A stretch of 35,083 bases of DNA, from the NCBI GenBank assembly GCA_030167865.1, contig JALAGF010001425.1, positions 1 through 35,083 of the forward strand. Direction: 5' to 3'. Each line of letters begins with the position of its first letter. Position 1 is the first letter of the stretch. A program made the translations under genes and the position numbers. Under the pieces are notes generated by a model, which worked only from the letters and a program-made list of their open reading frames with translations, made no database searches and was not told the origin of the DNA. Below are positions 8,946-19,733 of the stretch, one piece after another. The DNA comes from Craspedostauros australis. Its lineage: Eukaryota.

Positions 8946-10910
8946 CTATATCTCATCATCATCGATGCCAAATCTCTTGAATGTGTAAAAGGAACTGCAC
9001 CCTTGCTTCAAGCGCCCTTCGTAGTTGTACACCCGCGTGTTCTTGGAGCACACGACAGTAGGAAGATTAGGAAGCGGATCACCATTCTCATCCAACATCG
9101 GCTCGCCACTGCTGTCGATGTCTCCGCTCTGGAAGACGGAGAAGTCTGTGTAGATGGGTTTCTGCGCAGCGGATCGAGCATCGAAGGCGAAGTACCTTGG
9201 GATCTGCCGCCGTTGTTGGTGCATGCACGTGTGCATGTGTGTGGATGGATGGGAGTTGTATGACATCGCGTTGTCATGTATGGTGGCGAGAGAGTGATGT
9301 GAGAAAAAAGGGATGATGCGAAAGTGCAGCAATGGCATGTAATATCATGTAGTACAACACATTCTGAAGCTCAATACGGCGTATTCTACAGCACTCACCT
9401 GCACCGCCGTCGACCCCACGATGAATCCAACATTATCCCCACTCCAAGTTACATGCACCATGCGATCATCTATCTTCATGCGTCGGGACAACCCTTCGTT
9501 GATGCTGACGGTGCCTGCCAAGGGTTTGGACAGCGCGGCGATGTAGGAAGAACCCATGGCCTTGCCGACATCGGTGATTTGACGGATCTCATCTCCGAAA
9601 TTCCACATCCAACGCCAAGCAATCTTTTGCACGCCGATGGACCAATCGCCAAAGTTGGATGGTTCCGTCGATGCTTCCGCGGCTGGAGTGGCGCCGAAGC
9701 CTCTGGAAGATTCGTTGGGGATCATGAGGATGCTGGGATAATCCCGAATGATGAGATCGCCCAACCAAACGCCGGAGCTGATCTCCAGTAGGTTCGTGGG
9801 ATGCAACGACAGGGCAACTGCGTCATCCTTTCTGCCCGACATGGCGCTCTGCAGTTGATCCATCGGGTTGGGTGGCACAATCTGCGGTGTCGCGGGAGTT
9901 CCACCGGGTACGGACTTGACCTCAATGTTCGGTTGCTTTGATGTGGTCGAACCCGTCAATTTATCCACCAACCGATCGACATCGCTATCCAGTTCCAGCA
10001 GCTCCTTTTGCAGATCCATCATGCCTCCCATTGGCTGCTGCGCGAGCACATTTCTGCCATCCTCGTCTTCATCCTCAGGCAGACGATCTTCCTGCGCAAC
10101 AACGACGCGGATGAGGGTATCATCCTCTCCGTACACCGCCCACAACCGAGAACGTCTATCATCGCTGACCGCCAGGTTGTGCTCGACCACCACCGACTGC
10201 TGCTTGTCCGTCAAGATGAGATTCGTTGGAAGCAACGGTGTCACCGGAGCATCGTCGTCGTCGTCGTCATCATCGGCGCCAACCGCACTTTGACGGTGAT
10301 CGAGAGAATACGATCCATCCACATCGTCCACATCCACCTGGCAGTTCTTCATGGAGATCGCTCGGACGAATGGGACTTCGTCAGTGCCGACTTGAAACTG
10401 TTCCGTGAGCTGGAAGTCGCCTTGCGTTGGTTGGACGCGGACCTTGACCTCGTAATCGCATTTGCTGCGTTGCACCACGCCAGCAGCAACGTCTGACGTG
10501 ACAGTGAAGGAGCGGCAGGTGCCCTTCCATTTGCCCTGATGGAAATCGGTCAAGGATCGCACTGCGCCCAACGCCTGTTCCAGCTGGTCATCGTCGCCAC
10601 CGTTGCTGCTGCCATTCCCACTGTACATTCCCAGGCTGGTGGGAGACGCGGTGAATGGTCGAATTTGTGACGTGATGGATGATCGGCTTGCTACCAGCAG
10701 AGATGGCAGGGTGAGTCCCAGAGACTGCTGCTGCTGTCTTTGATGCGATGCTTGTGATCCGACCATCGTCGACGTGACAGATGTTGGGATGGATGGAGTG
10801 AAGGATTGGCACATGGGCATCGCCATCGTCATCACTGCCATCATCGCGATAAAGGCAACCATCTGCATCTGCTGCGTTGCCATGCGGCCCTCGATTGTCC
10901 CCATTTTCAT
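8946..10910 (-). CDS. Plastid-targeted DUF3598/BFA1-like (tandem lipocalin-like barrel) protein; exons 10910-9399 and 9203-8946
   Basis: Bipartite presequence (..VAFIAMMAVMTMAMPMCQS|FTP). Two barrel-start motifs, FHQGKWKG and SSGVWLG, and a C-terminal RVYNYEGRL. A phase-0 intron joins ..GSTAVQ|IPRYFAF.., merging the track ORFs 9345-11018 and 8946-9338. The start may instead be 10883. The family call is less certain than the gene structure. Confidence 0.6.
9204..9398 (-). other. Spliceosomal intron (195 nt)
   Basis: CAG|GTGAGT donor and GCGGCAG| acceptor on the minus strand; splicing preserves the frame. Confidence 0.85.
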
Positions 10911-11492
10911 TGATCTTCCTCCTGTGCAAGCAATCTGCGATGTGTGACAAGTCCGCAGGATTGTGTGTGGAATATGTGTTGTGCCGTAGGTCGTAATAAC
11001 AGAATGCCATCTTCGCACACAGCAACAAACAAACGTTGCCGATGATGTCAGTGATCCGACAGAAGAAACCCTGTGCCACCATCACGATCATGATCGAAAT
11101 GCAAAGAAGATCGCGAACAACTGTTTTGGTCTTGATTACTTCCACGTGGAACAATTGTCTTTCACAGTACTATTTTATTGATATATTAGTATTCCAAATA
11201 CCTAAAAAGATACCACAATTCGATCGAGACGTGGTTTTCAGATTCCAAAACCACGACAGAAAACGCCAAACACAACAACAGGGACAACAACACGACTGGA
11301 GCTTCGCTGTCATCGCCACATGCAAAGGATCCGGTGGGGCAAAGTATTGTCGTTGTCATAAAAACAAAAGAGAGGCATGCTGCGAGTGGTAGAGCAGTCC
11401 ACAGCACAGCATCCCGACCAAAGGAACTCACTTTGCAGCCCACAGAGGATCAAACGAAGAATCCAGCCACGCAGTTAATTGCAGCAACGAAC

Positions 11493-12881
11493 ATGTCTCC
11501 AATCTCCGCATCGTCCTTCAAGACCTTCGTTGAGATCTCTGCGACGGTCACTGGTGACATCGTTTCCAAAATATCACCAGACGTGTCCCCCATCAACGCT
11601 CCTCGCGATGAAGACGGACGCGTGGCGCCATCACCCGTGAGGATCCGCATGCGCTCCATCTGCTTCACGCCAGACACGGCACAAGCAGTCAAAGACATCC
11701 TCAGCATGGCGGACACCAGGGATTGGATCTGGGTGTCCTTCCTGGGTTGCACCGGCGACGCGTCTTTGGTGTTGGATTTCATCGTAGACAAGTTCAAGGA
11801 TTTGAATCACATCGAATTTATGGGGTACCGACCACTCCATAGTGTTCATCCCATCATCGCATTGAGTCGAATGCGATGTGTCACAGCGCCAACGACAGAT
11901 GAGGCGCCCCACAAGTCTTTGGAATCCATCATGCTCAACTGCATGACGATCACACGAGAAGCTGCGGATGCGCTGCACAACCAATTGCGCAGGGCGCCGT
12001 TCCTCAAGCATCTGGATCTCTCCGGCTGCACCTGGATGGATGACGCTTGCGATGTGCCGATTGCGGATCCGCGCCGCGCATGCTCTCTGCAATGCTTGAA
12101 GATTCAGCGCAACCACAGTGCCGTCGCCCAGCAGGCTTCGTTTCTGCGACCGTTTCTCATCAACATGCAATTGCAACAGCTCAAGTTCCGCAGTAACCCC
12201 CTCACACCTCAAACGATGGAATTGCTGACGCGTGTCCTGGAATCATCGCCGACATCTTTGCAGGAACTCGATCTGAGCAACTGCTGGACGGTGGCAGAGG
12301 ACGGCACCAAGTTGACGCACGCCAACCTATCGAACCTCTTGCACCATGCAGGATGTCTGCGAGAACTGGACATTTCACGCATGGTCTTGCACGATGACAG
12401 CGTCACGGCTCTCGCGGAACTGATCGCGAGTCGAAATTGCGGATTACAGAATCTGAACGTCTCCAACTGCGGCATGACAAAGGTGGCGGGATCTGCGTTG
12501 GGAACCGCGCTCGGATCGAATGGCAGCCTCATGATCCTCAAGTTGGTGGGAAATTCCGAGATCGGGATCGGTGGCGCACGCACGTACATCCAATCATTGC
12601 GCAAGCACACTCAGCTCCGCGTCCTCTTCCTCCCCACCAACTTGCAATTTATGTACTACGATCGCATCGCGTACTACTTGAGCCTGAATGTTGCGGGTCG
12701 GGAGCTGTTATCGCAGGACCTTCCGCCTGGTCTGTGGGCCGAGGTGTTGGGACGGTGCCAACGCATCGTGCCGAGCTGGTCCAAGGCTGGCGACAAGTAC
12801 TACTGTCGCAAGGAGGATCTCGTCTACCATTTCCTCAGATCGAGTCCGCACATCGTGGGTGCCTGTGCAGTTGGAACATGA
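11493..12881 (+). CDS. RNI-like leucine-rich-repeat protein (diatom NLRC3-like family, no NACHT domain), paralog 1
   Basis: LRR units LKHLDLSGC, LQELDLSNC, LRELDIS and LQNLNVSNCGM. C-terminal cap YYLSLNVAGRELL..LPPGLWAEVL..DLVYHFLR. The first ATG is at 11493. Confidence 0.85.
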   Translation: MSPISASSFKTFVEISATVTGDIVSKISPDVSPINAPRDEDGRVAPSPVRIRMRSICFTPDTAQAVKDILSMADTRDWIWVSFLGCTGDASLVLDFIVDKFKDLNHIEFMGYRPLHSVHPIIALSRMRCVTAPTTDEAPHKSLESIMLNCMTITREAADALHNQLRRAPFLKHLDLSGCTWMDDACDVPIADPRRACSLQCLKIQRNHSAVAQQASFLRPFLINMQLQQLKFRSNPLTPQTMELLTRVLESSPTSLQELDLSNCWTVAEDGTKLTHANLSNLLHHAGCLRELDISRMVLHDDSVTALAELIASRNCGLQNLNVSNCGMTKVAGSALGTALGSNGSLMILKLVGNSEIGIGGARTYIQSLRKHTQLRVLFLPTNLQFMYYDRIAYYLSLNVAGRELLSQDLPPGLWAEVLGRCQRIVPSWSKAGDKYYCRKEDLVYHFLRSSPHIVGACAVGT

Positions 12882-13290
12882 AGACATAGGACATGAAGAT
12901 GTGGCCTTGAGCATGGCGATATGGAGCATTCGAGAATAGTGGCGTAAGAGTGTAACGGTAAATACAGGTGCATGTCCTCTAATACTCACGCATTCGTAGA
13001 CTACGAGTCGACGCAGTCTTTTACGGGATTCCGATCGCCAAATCTTCGTGGCGCTGTTTCCAAAAGATACTTTTTGGATCCGCCCACGTGCGATCTGACT
13101 CACAACACACCACAACGCCAATTGCCAATCAACAACAACATTGGCAAAACATCATCATCGGCGTCATCATCGCATCATTGCCATCGCCATCGCCATTTGC
13201 GGTTGTTGCGACAGCATCCACCACAAGAAGCGTCCGCATCCGTAGAATGCTCTAATTTGTCTCACCGCCACTGATTCACACACTCGACCT

Positions 13291-13315
13291 ACCCTACCCT
13301 ACCCTACCCTACCCT
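13291..13315. repeat. (ACCCT)5 pentanucleotide repeat; G-quadruplex consensus on the minus strand
   Basis: accct x5 about 55 nt upstream of the ABA4-like ATG; the minus strand reads GGGTAGGGTAGGGTAGGGTAGGG. Confidence 0.8.
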
Positions 13316-13369
13316 CACTCACGCGCACGCTTACACTACATTCAATCAGCAACCCAAGCCAGCAGCATC

Positions 13370-14062
13370 ATGAGGACCATCGTCTCCGCCGTTGTGATGG
13401 CATGCCTTCTGTATGCGCGGTGCGAGGCATTCTGCCCACCGACACCACTGCAAGCAGCATCGACAGGATTCATCAAAGGCGTTGCTCCAAGCAGACGGAT
13501 CATCCAGCATGATTCCTTCTCTGCGCCGGTATCATCGTCATTGGCATCTCCGTGGAATGCTCCAACGCAACCCACTTCAACCACGTTGCAGTTGTCTGCG
13601 AGCGAGATCATCGAAGCCGGCGTTTCCATCGACACATTCGCACCGCAATTCCTTTGGCTGCTGATCATCGCGGCACCCGATTCCAAAATCACGAAGCAGG
13701 TCATGGAACCCATCACGCCCATCCTCCTCCTCGCGTTGGTCCATTTCATCATCGTCGCCGTCGCCGCATCCCAAGACGGGGCGTTGGATCAGGTCCTCCT
13801 CTTCCAGGACGTCTTCACGCCAGAGCTCTCCCAATTGCAGGGCATGCGCAAGATGTTTGAGATTGAGAACTTCGTCGCCGAGGAATGGCCGCATGTGCTG
13901 ATCTGGGATCTCTTTGTTGGCAGGTCCATTTGGAAGGACGGCCTGGCACGCGATATCAACACTCGCGTGTCGTTGACCTTTTGCAATATCATCGGACCGC
14001 CAGGACTGCTCATTCATGCTGCGATCTGTCTCGTCACTGGGAAAGGATTGCCGAAGGTGTGA
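13370..14062 (+). CDS. ABA4: ABA DEFICIENT 4-like (DUF4281) plastid membrane protein, 230 aa
   Basis: Signal peptide ending CEA|F, then an S/T-rich transit peptide and four hydrophobic helices. Family motifs WPHVLIWDLFVGRSIWKDG and IGPPGLLIH are present. Confidence 0.85.
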   Translation: MRTIVSAVVMACLLYARCEAFCPPTPLQAASTGFIKGVAPSRRIIQHDSFSAPVSSSLASPWNAPTQPTSTTLQLSASEIIEAGVSIDTFAPQFLWLLIIAAPDSKITKQVMEPITPILLLALVHFIIVAVAASQDGALDQVLLFQDVFTPELSQLQGMRKMFEIENFVAEEWPHVLIWDLFVGRSIWKDGLARDINTRVSLTFCNIIGPPGLLIHAAICLVTGKGLPKV

Positions 14063-15189
14063 AACATGAGCGGCAGAAGTGGAAAGAAAAAGAAGAGCTG
14101 GAAGATGCGCACGAAGATGCCACCGAGGCATGGCCGGCCAGGAATCCGGTTGGTGGTGCCATCGGTGGATCCTTGTTCCACAGCAACGGGGGAATCTCGA
14201 TGCTGCCTCAGCATCTATTATACAATCTCAATACCCTCCTCTGCTATACGCACATACTCGGGCCTACACGCACTGGATAAAATGATTCATGCCAATGCTC
14301 TTGAGCGTGCATTGCCTACATCGTGCACCCAGTTTGCACATTCCACAACCCGTCGCCGACGAAGACAAGCGCATACGGAAGCACTGAATCAATCCTCTTT
14401 GCCAATCCGGGTCAGAGTAGAGTAGGGTACTCTAGAGCGCATGTGCGTTGATTGGAGCTTTCCCAAATGATCTTTGGGCACGCTGCCGCACTATGTACGT
14501 ATGGTCATAGTATTCGCTAACTCCGGAGTACTATTCTACCCCTGAGCCAGGTAGCCTCATGTTGCAAAACAAGAAAGTCGTTAGTTGGTGTGTTGCGTCA
14601 TCAGAATTGATGATAATTCTGCATGCGATCTGATTGGCCGGTCATTCCGACATCCAAAACGTCATCGGAATGCTGGAAGTGGATTGGTCATCATTGATGT
14701 CTTTCGCACTTTCTGCTCTTTTCTCCAGTGTTGACACGTTGTTCGCCATTGCTCCACCTTTGTTCATCGGCATCACTTCCTTCCGTCACCAAAACCTTCT
14801 GGTTCTTGTTCGTACGTCTTTCCAGTCCACACATCGCATCACATCACATCACATCTCATCACATCGCGGTCACATAGCAGTCACATCACAACATGCCGAC
14901 GGAACAGAACAAACCACCAGCGTTGTTTCCGTGCTCACATTCCCGGCATTGGCATCATTCTCGTCGCCATCATCCATTCTGCGTTCATTGGCAACGATCC
15001 TCCATTTGCAACAGCAGCAACAGCAACAATACACCATCCTCATCAAGTTCTGAAGGCACCTCCGATCCACACAAGGTGGACAGAGAAGAGAAGAAGAAGA
15101 TACAAGAAGTCATCAAACCGAGACGGAAAGCGTGAAGACAAAGAACAAGAAGAAAAACAGAGTCCGAGCACTCCAGAGGGCAAAAAATA

Positions 15190-16629
15190 ATGGTATCTGT
15201 TTCCATCGATGGCGGCTACGGCATGCCAAGCTTTCATGATGCCCTGGACAAGGTCAGGGCACAGAAGGACGTGGTCGACCTCGTCTTCATCTGCGTTCCG
15301 TTCTGCGAGGAGGCGATCGAAGAATTGACGACGCTCCTCACATCGGCCAAAGAGGAACGACAATGGAGGTCCATCATGATATCGAATTGCTCCGGCATGG
15401 TCGATGTCATGATCCATGCGACCTTGCATCTCTTTGAGCGAGTCGAGATACGGGGCATTCCGGAACTGGATGAGACGATTGCGACTGCGATACGCGACAG
15501 CCTGAAACGTCCGGACATCCGAGTGAAGAAGTTGCGCTTCAGCATCATGCGCGTCGACAAGGCGATGCTGCAGACCTTGGAGCAGGGCGTGACGCACAAC
15601 AGTTCCGTCAACGAGCTGCACTTCAACTGCTGCCAGTTCGTGGACGACGACGCCCACAGCGAGCTGAAGAAGGTCCTGTTGCGCGTGCGATGTCTGAGGA
15701 CGCTGCACTTGGATTCCTGCCAGCTCCTCGATGATCAGGTGGCCAACATCGTGGCGCTCTGCATCAGGTTCCATCCCGATCTTGAGGAGCTCGTCATTCC
15801 GTACAACCAATGCGGGCGAAAGACGTACGCTTCCATCGGCAGGATGCTGAACGACACGAACTGCAATCTGCGCGTCTTGGATTGCGGCAGACAGCAAGGC
15901 CATCAAGCTAGATCCAAGCAGCAAACGGATCGTCGCAAGAACGGCAGCTCTCGTCGCAGAAAAGGCACGAAGACGGCCTCGCTTTCCGATGCTTGCGAGA
16001 CCGAGTCCATGTTTTGGCCGATCACCTCGTCTATCGCCTCGAATGAGTCGTTGGAGGTTCTGAACCTGTCGTACTCCGAGATCAGTGACGCTGATATCGG
16101 AGTCCTGGCAGAGGCACTGGTGCGCAACTACGGCATCAAGGAGCTGCGATTGTGCGGCAGCCAGTTCGGAGAGACGGGCGTCAAGGCTTTGGCGCAAAGC
16201 CTCCCTCACTGGCACAACATCGAAAGGCTTTGGCTGACGGGCCGAAGCCGCGATCAGTTCGGTGAGAAAGGCTCACATGCCTTGGTCGTCGGCCTGCAAC
16301 GCAACATGAGCCTCATCGAGGTGTTCCTGCCCCAGGCTCTGCCAGAGCTCAAGGCGCAGACCCTCGTGGTCACCGACATGAACCGAGGCGGCAGGAGGTT
16401 GTTCCGCGACTGCGATCGTCACCGCCCTGCCCCGATCGCGCTGTGGCCTGACGTCCTCGCCAAGGCCAACACGATGACTTTCCCTGGTGTCTTTTCCGAC
16501 TCCAAGATGCACCGAGTCCAGACCCGCCGCGCGTCCGTCATCTACAATCTCCTGCGTGAGAAGGTGTTGCTCGAACTGCACACCAGCCATTCGCCGGCTG
16601 ATCACCTGGCCCCGATCGCGACGGATTGA
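15190..16629 (+). CDS. RNI-like LRR protein, paralog 2, 479 aa
   Basis: LRR units LRTLHLDSCQL, LEVLNLSYSEISD and IKELRLCGSQFG. Cap DMNRGGRRLF..ALWPDVLAKA..SVIYNLLREK. Confidence 0.85.
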   Translation: MVSVSIDGGYGMPSFHDALDKVRAQKDVVDLVFICVPFCEEAIEELTTLLTSAKEERQWRSIMISNCSGMVDVMIHATLHLFERVEIRGIPELDETIATAIRDSLKRPDIRVKKLRFSIMRVDKAMLQTLEQGVTHNSSVNELHFNCCQFVDDDAHSELKKVLLRVRCLRTLHLDSCQLLDDQVANIVALCIRFHPDLEELVIPYNQCGRKTYASIGRMLNDTNCNLRVLDCGRQQGHQARSKQQTDRRKNGSSRRRKGTKTASLSDACETESMFWPITSSIASNESLEVLNLSYSEISDADIGVLAEALVRNYGIKELRLCGSQFGETGVKALAQSLPHWHNIERLWLTGRSRDQFGEKGSHALVVGLQRNMSLIEVFLPQALPELKAQTLVVTDMNRGGRRLFRDCDRHRPAPIALWPDVLAKANTMTFPGVFSDSKMHRVQTRRASVIYNLLREKVLLELHTSHSPADHLAPIATD

Positions 16630-19600
16630 GCGCGGAGGCGTGCGACGGGTAATCAAAAGAAGGAAGGGGAGACAATAACACACCCTCGAACTCTGGAGAC
16701 GAAGGCACCTGCGGCCGACAACAGCAGCAGAAGCCAACAATTTTACACAAATACTTCGTAGACACACACACACACTCGTACACTCGTACACTCACATGTT
16801 TTCACATGTTGCTCGTATCCGTGCCTCGGGCGCATTCACGCTGTAGAGTATAAAACCACAACTGTATCTCCAAGTATTGGCATTGATACTCTGCAAGAAC
16901 CCCTTCCTCCCCTCAGCACCTTCCCGATCTGAAATCCTCCGAGTACGGCACCCCGCAGTATTCGACCGTGTTGTGCGTTGCGGATAACGTGGCTGTTTCC
17001 GCAACCCACCCTGCCATACTCTCCGTATGTTTGTTTGCGCACATCGTATTTGGACTCTTGACGACATACAGACAAGTTGTGGTGTTGACACACAAACTGA
17101 CAAATCGACAGAATGACAAGATCGTGCGTTCATCCAGGTGACTTCAATCCACCACGTTGCGTTCTTTAGCCGGACAATTTGTTGTTATTATTGACGTGCG
17201 TCGTTGAAGACGAACGAAGACGTTTAGGGATTGTCAATGCGGTTCCACAGTTCGTCTGCACCAACCCCAATATCACAGCCCCCATCTGCATGACTTCAAC
17301 AAGCATATCGCATTTCGTGTCCACGGTCACGTAGTTTCCCCAAACAACGAACGCGTCAGCGAGGAGTACCTGTAGCCCGAACACAAACTCTGAGAAATCA
17401 CCATGTAGTCGCTGATCGCCACCAAGGGATTTTCGATGGGTACATAGAGTGCCGTTGCGAACTCACAACTGATTCTCACCGTTTCTTTCTTTGCGACCTG
17501 GCGGTTTCCATGACCAACAACTAAGGGCTATGACGAGGGCGGTCATTTCTTATTCCCAACTTGCAACAAGGCGGGTGTGTGAGGTAATGACCTCTCCCCG
17601 GATTGACGTTGGGGCGATGGTACCGTTGTTTGTGATTTCTTCGCCACACGCGTCTGCCAGCCCTGAAGCTGCGGTGTCGTTTCATGCCGAACAGGATACA
17701 AGAAGAGGAAGGTGGGCACAGAAGCGGATGATCGAGTTCGCACCAGTCACTTCGATACTTTCTCTCTCTCTCGTTGCGTGCGTGCGTTTGTGGCAGGCGC
17801 CAGAAGACGCTTTTGCCCAGCGCGTCGGGGCGTACCCTTGCGCTGTTCGTCGATCTGTCGCATTCGCAACTTTCAACGCACGAAGAGCGGGATCAAGGAC
17901 TGCTCCGCTCAACTATCTCAGTCTGTGCGTGCTCGTTCGAGTAGAGAGACAAGATGGACTTTGACAGTACGTGCAAAATCCATCGTACTATTCGCTGCGG
18001 ATGAGTTTATCTTGGGCGTCACTGTTTGCATTGGTGTGGATGTGGACGTGACTGTGGATGCGCAAGAGGGCATGTGTGGTATCGATGGGAGAAAAGTGAT
18101 TCTGAGGTATCGCTCAAGGGACGAAGGTTGCGAACATGGCGACGAGGCATCCGCGGAATGCGGGACAAGTGTGACATGTCCCACAAAGGCAAACGACGTT
18201 TGCACGATTCTGTTTACTTGTATAGGACCTCAACTATACTGGAGCGTGCAATAAGGATGGCTTGGTGCATACCTCGCGCTTCTTGATGAATTTAGAACAT
18301 GGCGAGGTTAACGTCACGTTGCCGCCATGGCCCTCCCTGACTTTTCTGTGGCTTGGTGCTGAGAGAGCTTGGGCGTGGCGAGTGTTCGTGAAAAGCGCCG
18401 CATAGTATCACGGCTTTCGTGGCAGCAAGGTACGATTCGTAGATACCCGTAGGAACGAACGAACGAACGTATGAACGAATTTCACTGACGCGAGACAAAC
18501 GGCGCGCTGTTGCGTAGTTGACACTCCTCAGAGAGTCATTTGTCGAGACAGCACACCTCAGGGACACAAAACCGGGCATCTCCGCGATCTCCCACACACA
18601 CCCTTTCGTGTCCAACACATCAACAGAATCATCCAGAAATCCAGAAGGGACCTGCCAACCACGATCCATCACCCACCACCCATCAGCCGCGAGGTATCAT
18701 CGCATCAACAAATCATCGCTTCACGCCACAACGCAGAGGAGCAGCGCACCAACGAGTGAGCATCGCGTGGCTGTATCACATCACGCACCGCACGAGGATC
18801 ACGTCGTTCGAGGCTGCAACGAATCGTGTTGCTACCACAAACTCCGTTTCAGCCGTCAGCTCTGCCCAGGCCATCACCACCCTTCTGTTGTTGATCTTGG
18901 TCGTTCCATCACACAATACGAGACCGTTCGAGAGTAGGTGCCTTGAACATCATAGGTAAACAACGAAACTGCGCCGAGGCCACCCTGCGTTCCTTTCTGA
19001 GTGAAACTGCAATAGTCCCGACAAACTCCGAAGGTCACAAAGAAGTTGCGGAGCAGCAGCTTGCCCGTCCACACTCTCTGGCGAGGCTGTGGCTCTGTTT
19101 GTGGTTGCGACCTTGGCTGCCTCCTCGTGGTCGCGTGGCTTTGAAAGCAATCGCAACATCCTGCGCTGCCATAATCTGCCAATGAGGTGAATGAAAAGGC
19201 GAACAAGACAGGAACAAGAGCATTCATCCATCATCCCATCAATTGATCAATTGATCAATTGATCCAGCCGGTTTAGCTGACCAACCAACAAACGGCCCGC
19301 CCAACCAGTCACCGACATACCCGTGCCACACGAAACCGACAAATCAGTCATCCCATCAGCCACTCCAACACTCCGCAAATTGCTGTGAGACTCTTGTCAC
19401 ATCACTTTCCTTTCGTTGATGTCATTGATTGCTTTGGGACGCCATACCGCACAAGTACTGACATACCGCAAGTATACCAGGAGCAGGAGTGCCACGCTCC
19501 TCTACCATATCATACCCTTCCCTTCCCTTCCCTACGAGTACCATAGCCCCATCTGAAGACAGCCGTCCATCACATCAGCTTTTCCATCGCACGCATACCT

Positions 19601-19733
19601 TGTCCTGTACGAGTGAGGGTACGGGTACGTCTCACGGCACCGACAGCATCAGCGACGGCACGAGATCAACAGCAACAGCAACGCACACAAGGGCTCACAA
19701 CGAACACGCGAGTGGCACCGCCCTTTTTCCACC

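Noticed and set aside
15043-16215. 390-aa minus-strand ORF, and similar long antisense ORFs at 3966-4877, 1497-2069 and 33216-33860
   Set aside because: They overlap well-supported genes on the opposite strand, carry no motifs, and are expected from GC3-biased codon usage.
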